Source of the DNA: an uncultured bacterium
GTDB taxonomy: Bacteria > Babelota > Babeliae > Babelales > Babelaceae
Direction of reading: 5' to 3'
Length of the DNA stretch: 64,000 nt
Assembly: GCA_963717435.1 (NCBI GenBank)
Contig: OY970332.1
Span: forward strand, 416,001 to 480,000
The notes beneath the pieces were generated by a model. It ran no database searches. It saw nothing but the letters and a program-made list of their open reading frames with translations, and was not told the origin of the DNA. Within the stretch, counting starts at the first letter, position 1. The number at the start of each line of letters is the position of its first letter. A program made the position numbers and the translations under genes. Below, one piece after another: positions 59,551 through 64,000 of this stretch.

Positions 59551-60987
59551 ATGGCATATGAAACATATGAAATTAACATTGGTATAGAAGTTCACGTCCA
59601 ACTTACAACAAAGACAAAAATATTTTGCACATGCGCGAATGAGCCTGAGCAGGCCCCTAATACAAATATATGTCAAATATGCGCCGGTCATCCGGGAATA
59701 TTGCCCGTATTAAATCAAGAAGTTGTAACAGGCGCTATCAAAGCTGGTTTAGCAACAAACTCTAGTATCACAAGAAAATCTGAGTTTGCAAGAAAGCATT
59801 ATTTTTATCCTGACTTACCAAAAGGGTATCAAGTAACCCAAAGTAATAGGCCAATATGTGAAAACGGGTATATTACAATAAAACTTGAAAATGGTGAGAA
59901 AAAAAATATAAGACTTATCAGAATTCACATGGAAGAGGATGCTGGTAAGAATATACACTCACAGTATAGCAACGAAAGCTTTGTTGATTTGAACAGAGCT
60001 GGAACGCCGTTATTAGAGATCGTTAGTCATCCTGACATTTCAAGTTCTTATGAAGCACGTGCATATTTAAAAGAGTTAAGACTTATTGTCCAGTATTTGG
60101 GAATCTGCACCGGCAACATGGAAGAAGGGTCTTTTAGAGCTGACACAAATATATCTGTAAGAAAAATTGGCGCTAAAGAGCTTGGAACAAAAGTCGAGCT
60201 TAAAAATATTAACTCATTTAAGTTTATTTCTGATGCAATAGAACATGAATTTGAAAGACAGGTTGATCTTGTTGAATCTGGTCAAAAAGTTAAACAAGAA
60301 ACAAGATTGTGGGATACAAAAAATAAAAAAACTGTGCCTATGCGATCAAAAGAAGAGGCGGCTGATTACAGATATTTCCCAGAACCAGATTTACCGGTAA
60401 TTGAAATTGCTGAAGAAACTATAGAAAAAATTAAAAACAACTTACCAGAGTTGCCTAATCAAAAGCTTGAAAGATTGGTGTCTGAAAAAAATCTGACGCC
60501 ATACGAAGCTGAAATTTTGATAGATGATATTGAGCTTGGTAACTATTTTGAGGCTGCGAGCAAAATAACAAGCAGCAAGCATCTGATTAACTGGATCCTA
60601 AGAAATTTATTAAGTCACTGCAAAGACAACAAAATTAGTTTAACTGAGTGCAAGTTAACCCCTGAAAAAATGGCCGAGCTTGTTGAGCTTATAGACAAAA
60701 ATGTAATTAATAACAGATCTGCACAAGAGATTTTAGAAGCTGTTATGCAGTCTGGTAAATCGCCTAAAGATTTAGTTAAAGAGCTTGGTCTTGAACAAAT
60801 TGGATCTTCTGAAGAGACAGAAAAAATAATTTTAGAGATTATTGCTGCAAATCCAAACCAAGTTGCCAGTTACAAATCTGGTCAGGTTAAACTATTCGGC
60901 TTCTTTGTTGGTCAGGCTATGGCTAAAACTAAGGGCAAGGGCAACCCTGCGATTATTAACGAACTGCTTAACAAGCACTTAAGTTAA
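59551..60987 (+). CDS. gatB: Asp/Glu-tRNA amidotransferase subunit B
   Basis: IGIEVHVQL, RKHYFYPDLPKGYQ, HMEEDAGK, DLNRAGTPLLEIV and DYRYFPEPDL. Confidence 0.98.
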   Translation: MAYETYEINIGIEVHVQLTTKTKIFCTCANEPEQAPNTNICQICAGHPGILPVLNQEVVTGAIKAGLATNSSITRKSEFARKHYFYPDLPKGYQVTQSNRPICENGYITIKLENGEKKNIRLIRIHMEEDAGKNIHSQYSNESFVDLNRAGTPLLEIVSHPDISSSYEARAYLKELRLIVQYLGICTGNMEEGSFRADTNISVRKIGAKELGTKVELKNINSFKFISDAIEHEFERQVDLVESGQKVKQETRLWDTKNKKTVPMRSKEEAADYRYFPEPDLPVIEIAEETIEKIKNNLPELPNQKLERLVSEKNLTPYEAEILIDDIELGNYFEAASKITSSKHLINWILRNLLSHCKDNKISLTECKLTPEKMAELVELIDKNVINNRSAQEILEAVMQSGKSPKDLVKELGLEQIGSSEETEKIILEIIAANPNQVASYKSGQVKLFGFFVGQAMAKTKGKGNPAIINELLNKHLS

Positions 60988-61017
60988 AGTTTATAAAAAC
61001 TAAATTCAAAATTTTAT

Positions 61018-61046
61018 CGGGCAAGAAAAAATCTTGCCCGTTTTTG
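61018..61046 (+). terminator. Intrinsic terminator of rng-gatB
   Basis: CGGGCAAGA-AAAAA-TCTTGCCCG followed by TTTTT. Confidence 0.8.
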
Positions 61047-61125
61047 TTATTAAAAAATTTTTAAATTTTTATTTTTAAAAACATAAATTTCACTAAACTG
61101 TAAAAATATAAATTTTTGAACGCCA

Positions 61126-61212
61126 CCCCTCGATACACCCGTCTACGCTAAAGCTACGCCGGGCACTCCCAGGCTTCGTGCAAGACTTCGCCGGGCGCGG
61201 CGGGGCGAGCGG
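61126..61212 (-). repeat. Palindromic element half-copy H
   Basis: Reverse complement CCGCTCGCCCCGCCGCGCCCGGCGAAGTCTTGCACGAAGCCTGGGAGTG..TGTATCGAGGGG. Confidence 0.9.
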
Positions 61213-61253
61213 GTCTCGAGATAAGAATAAGTTATTGTAAATGTTTCAAAAAA

Positions 61254-62150
61254 GTGAGTGAAATTATGGACCTAAAAATAAAACATAAATCTTTAGAAAA
61301 AAAACTAAAGCTCGCGATAGTAATAAATATTACTTTTACAATAATAGAATATATTATTGGATTCAATTCGGGCAGTCTTGCTCTAATTTCAGATGCTTCG
61401 CAAAATCTAACAGACGCAACAAGCTTATTAATATCTTTTTTTGGCCACAAAATCTCAAAAAAATCTGCTACAAAAAAATGCACTTATGGTTACGGTAGGG
61501 CAACAATTTTGTCTGCATTAATTAATGGCACAATTTTGCTTTGTATAGCTATTTATATTTTCAGCAATATTTATGACAGAATTTTACACCCTCAAGCCGT
61601 AGAGGGCAAAATTGTTATGTTAATCGGGTTTATTGGCATATGCGTAAACGCAAGTGTCGCAATGTTATTTATAAAACACAAAGACGATATAAATATTAAT
61701 AGTGCATTTACTAACATGATATTTGATGCGATTGCATCACTTGGGGCACTTATAGCTGGCATAGTAATTTATGCAACAAATTCAACTTTTATCGACCCGT
61801 TAATTAGCATTGTAATTGGCTTAATGCTACTGCGAAGCTCATGGGTGATATTAAAATCGGCAATAGATATTTTACTTGAGGGAGTTCCAAAAAATATCGA
61901 TATAGACAAAGTGCGGGCGGCAATAAAATTAACAGAAGGCATAGATGACGTTGAAGATCTGCATGTGTGGGCCATATCTTCATATTCTTGTGCACTAAGT
62001 TGCCAGATTATTGTTGATGGGAATAAGCTGAACCAAAGTGTTTATCTTACCAAAAAAGTAAAACACAAACTTGAACAAGATTTTAATATCAGACACTGTA
62101 CTATAGAAACTAATATTGCAAAAGGCGCAAGTTGCCCGATTAATTTATAA
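61254..62150 (+). CDS. Cation diffusion facilitator (CzcD/ZitB-like) transporter
   Basis: SGSLALISDA, TYGYGRA, DPLIS, ILLEGVP, DLHVWAI and HCTIE. Confidence 0.92.
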   Translation: MSEIMDLKIKHKSLEKKLKLAIVINITFTIIEYIIGFNSGSLALISDASQNLTDATSLLISFFGHKISKKSATKKCTYGYGRATILSALINGTILLCIAIYIFSNIYDRILHPQAVEGKIVMLIGFIGICVNASVAMLFIKHKDDININSAFTNMIFDAIASLGALIAGIVIYATNSTFIDPLISIVIGLMLLRSSWVILKSAIDILLEGVPKNIDIDKVRAAIKLTEGIDDVEDLHVWAISSYSCALSCQIIVDGNKLNQSVYLTKKVKHKLEQDFNIRHCTIETNIAKGASCPINL

Positions 62151-62176
62151 CTGTTTCAAAAGTCTAGAGGAATAAT

Positions 62177-62719
62177 ATGATAGTTCTTAAAAATTTATTT
62201 AAATTTTTGTTATCAACTTTAATTTTAAATTTTAACTATGTATTATGCATGGAAAAAGATCAGATAAATCAAAACTACTATCAAGTTTTAAATTCTTTAA
62301 AACTTGAAATAGTTGAATCGGGAAAATCAGATCTAGAAGTAGTTTTGAGAAAAACAAAAAAATCTAAAAAAGCAAAAAATAAAGGCTCTTCTGAATCAGG
62401 GATTACTAACCATATAACAAATCCTGATGCATCAGAAGAAAACGAAGATTACAATCGCGAGTTTGTACAAAAATTAAATCTCGCGGTAAAAAGTAATAAT
62501 ATACCTGTAATTCTAGCTTTAATGGAAAACAAAAATTTTTACCAACAAAAACAGATAATTAAATTAATGAGCGCAAACAAGGCCGCACTTGAGACAATAG
62601 AATCTAAAAATGAAGCGAGAGAAAAAAAAGAAAAGTGCATGCGCATCGCCCAAGTAGCCATTACTTTAGTAATAATCGGCATTCTTGAGGCAATTATTAA
62701 ACTTACGCCACCAGCTTAA
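62177..62719 (+). CDS. Exported protein with C-terminal TM anchor
   Basis: GAGG RBS; signal peptide ending VLC-MEK; C-terminal IAQVAITLVIIGILEAII. Confidence 0.6.
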   Translation: MIVLKNLFKFLLSTLILNFNYVLCMEKDQINQNYYQVLNSLKLEIVESGKSDLEVVLRKTKKSKKAKNKGSSESGITNHITNPDASEENEDYNREFVQKLNLAVKSNNIPVILALMENKNFYQQKQIIKLMSANKAALETIESKNEAREKKEKCMRIAQVAITLVIIGILEAIIKLTPPA

Positions 62720-62744
62720 ATTTTAAGTATTAAAAATTTAAAAT

Positions 62745-64000
62745 TTATTTTTCTTTTTCCGGCAAGACAATCTTCAAGCCATAATCTTTAAGCTTTTCTT
62801 GAGAAACTGGCGTTGGTGCCTGCATCATCAAATCCGCGCCGCTTTGTGTTTTAGGAAACGCTATAACTTCACGAATAGATTTGCAGTTAAGTAACAACAT
62901 AACCATTCTGTCTAACCCTAAAGCGATACCACCATGTGGAGGAAAGCCAAGTTCTTGCGCCTCTAATAAAAAGCCAAATTGCTTTTCCATTTCAGCTTTA
63001 TCAAATCCCAAAAACTCAAAAATCTGTTTTTGAATATTTGAGTCATGAATTCTGATAGAACCTCCACCGAGCTCAATACCATTAAGAACTATGTCATAAG
63101 CACGCGCTTTTATTTTGTCCGGTGTTTGTTCTTGCCAACCAGCTTGCGGCGATGTAAATGGGTGATGCACAGATACCCAACGTTTTGCATCAGCGTCATA
63201 TTCTAGAAGTGGAAAATCTACGACCCATAAAAATTTAAGTTGATCAGCTGCGATTAAATTAAGATTTTCACCAAGTTGTAATCTTAATCTGCCCAAATAT
63301 GTCCAGGCGTCTTTATAACTACCAGCAATAATAAATATTGTGTCGCTAGTTGTTAGGTCCGGTAAAAACTTTTTAGCTTGTTCAAAGAAATCTGCAGGCA
63401 AGAATTTTGCTATAGGTGACTCAGCTTGTTTTTGTTCATTAAACTTGATCCAAACAAGACCCTTTGAACCAATCTTGATCGCACGATCAACCCATGATTC
63501 CAATTCTGAACGAGAAAACTGCTTATTTTTTACGTGTAACGCACCAATTTTTCCTGAAGTAGAAATAACTGACTTAAAGAAACTTAATTCTGTGTTTTGA
63601 AATAAATCTGTTATATCGTTAATTTTTAAATCAAATCTTAGGTCAGGCTTATCGCATCCATACTCTGAAAACGCTTGATCGTATGTCATGCGCAATAACG
63701 GGAGCTTCATGTCTATTGCAAATACTTTCTTCAAGATAAACTGCAGCAGGCCCTCAATAATTCCCTGAATGTCGGCTTCGTTAATAAACGACATTTCCAT
63801 ATCAAGCTGGGTAAATTCTGGCTGCCTATCAGCTCTCAAATCTTCGTCTCTGAAGCATCTTGCAACCTGAAAATATCGTTCCATTCCAGCTGCCATTAAA
63901 ATCTGTTTATATAATTGCGGAGACTGTGGCAGAGCGTAAAAACTGCCTTTATGAGTTCTTGATGGAACTAAAAATTCACGAGCACCTTCAGCTGTATTTT
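62745..64000 (-). CDS. aspS: Aspartyl-tRNA synthetase, partial (5' end outside window)
   Basis: EGAREFLVP..YALPQSPQLYKQ, CFRDEDLRADRQPEFTQLD, HHPFT and PPHGGIALGLDR. Confidence 0.97.
   Translation of the reverse strand, partial: NTAEGAREFLVPSRTHKGSFYALPQSPQLYKQILMAAGMERYFQVARCFRDEDLRADRQPEFTQLDMEMSFINEADIQGIIEGLLQFILKKVFAIDMKLPLLRMTYDQAFSEYGCDKPDLRFDLKINDITDLFQNTELSFFKSVISTSGKIGALHVKNKQFSRSELESWVDRAIKIGSKGLVWIKFNEQKQAESPIAKFLPADFFEQAKKFLPDLTTSDTIFIIAGSYKDAWTYLGRLRLQLGENLNLIAADQLKFLWVVDFPLLEYDADAKRWVSVHHPFTSPQAGWQEQTPDKIKARAYDIVLNGIELGGGSIRIHDSNIQKQIFEFLGFDKAEMEKQFGFLLEAQELGFPPHGGIALGLDRMVMLLLNCKSIREVIAFPKTQSGADLMMQAPTPVSQEKLKDYGLKIVLPEKEK

Overview
AT-rich bacterial chromosomal window. Gene content suggests an intracellular parasite of protists, most likely Ca. 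Dependentiae/TM6 (Babeliae). That taxonomy is inferred from the many ankyrin-repeat and orphan genes with MKK-type signal peptides and the scattered housekeeping genes. Housekeeping genes include pyrG, arfB, lon, ruvA, jag, mnmE, rng, gatB, partial aspS, pal, atpD/atpC and tRNA-Gly(GCC). Main oddities: (1) a three-gene operon with a prokaryotic pentameric ligand-gated ion channel (pLGIC) followed by two paralogous exported proteins that fuse a catalytically dead PPP-type metallophosphoesterase domain to a type-I periplasmic-binding domain; (2) a family of modular GC-rich palindromic elements (at least 8 copies) with swappable GNA-triloop hairpin cassettes, one inserted in frame in mnmE; (3) atpD split exactly at an A_AAA_AAG -1 slippery site; (4) an ankyrin gene enclosed by a perfect 94-bp duplication of the promoter and 5' end of an ERF recombinase gene; (5) a dozen exported proteins whose predicted mature chain starts with Met; (6) two promoter-plus-terminator sRNA candidates; (7) a tRNA-Gly with an apparent A19-U56 compensatory pair. 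No CRISPR array, rRNA or transposase gene was seen. All calls come from reading motifs by eye; no database searches were run.
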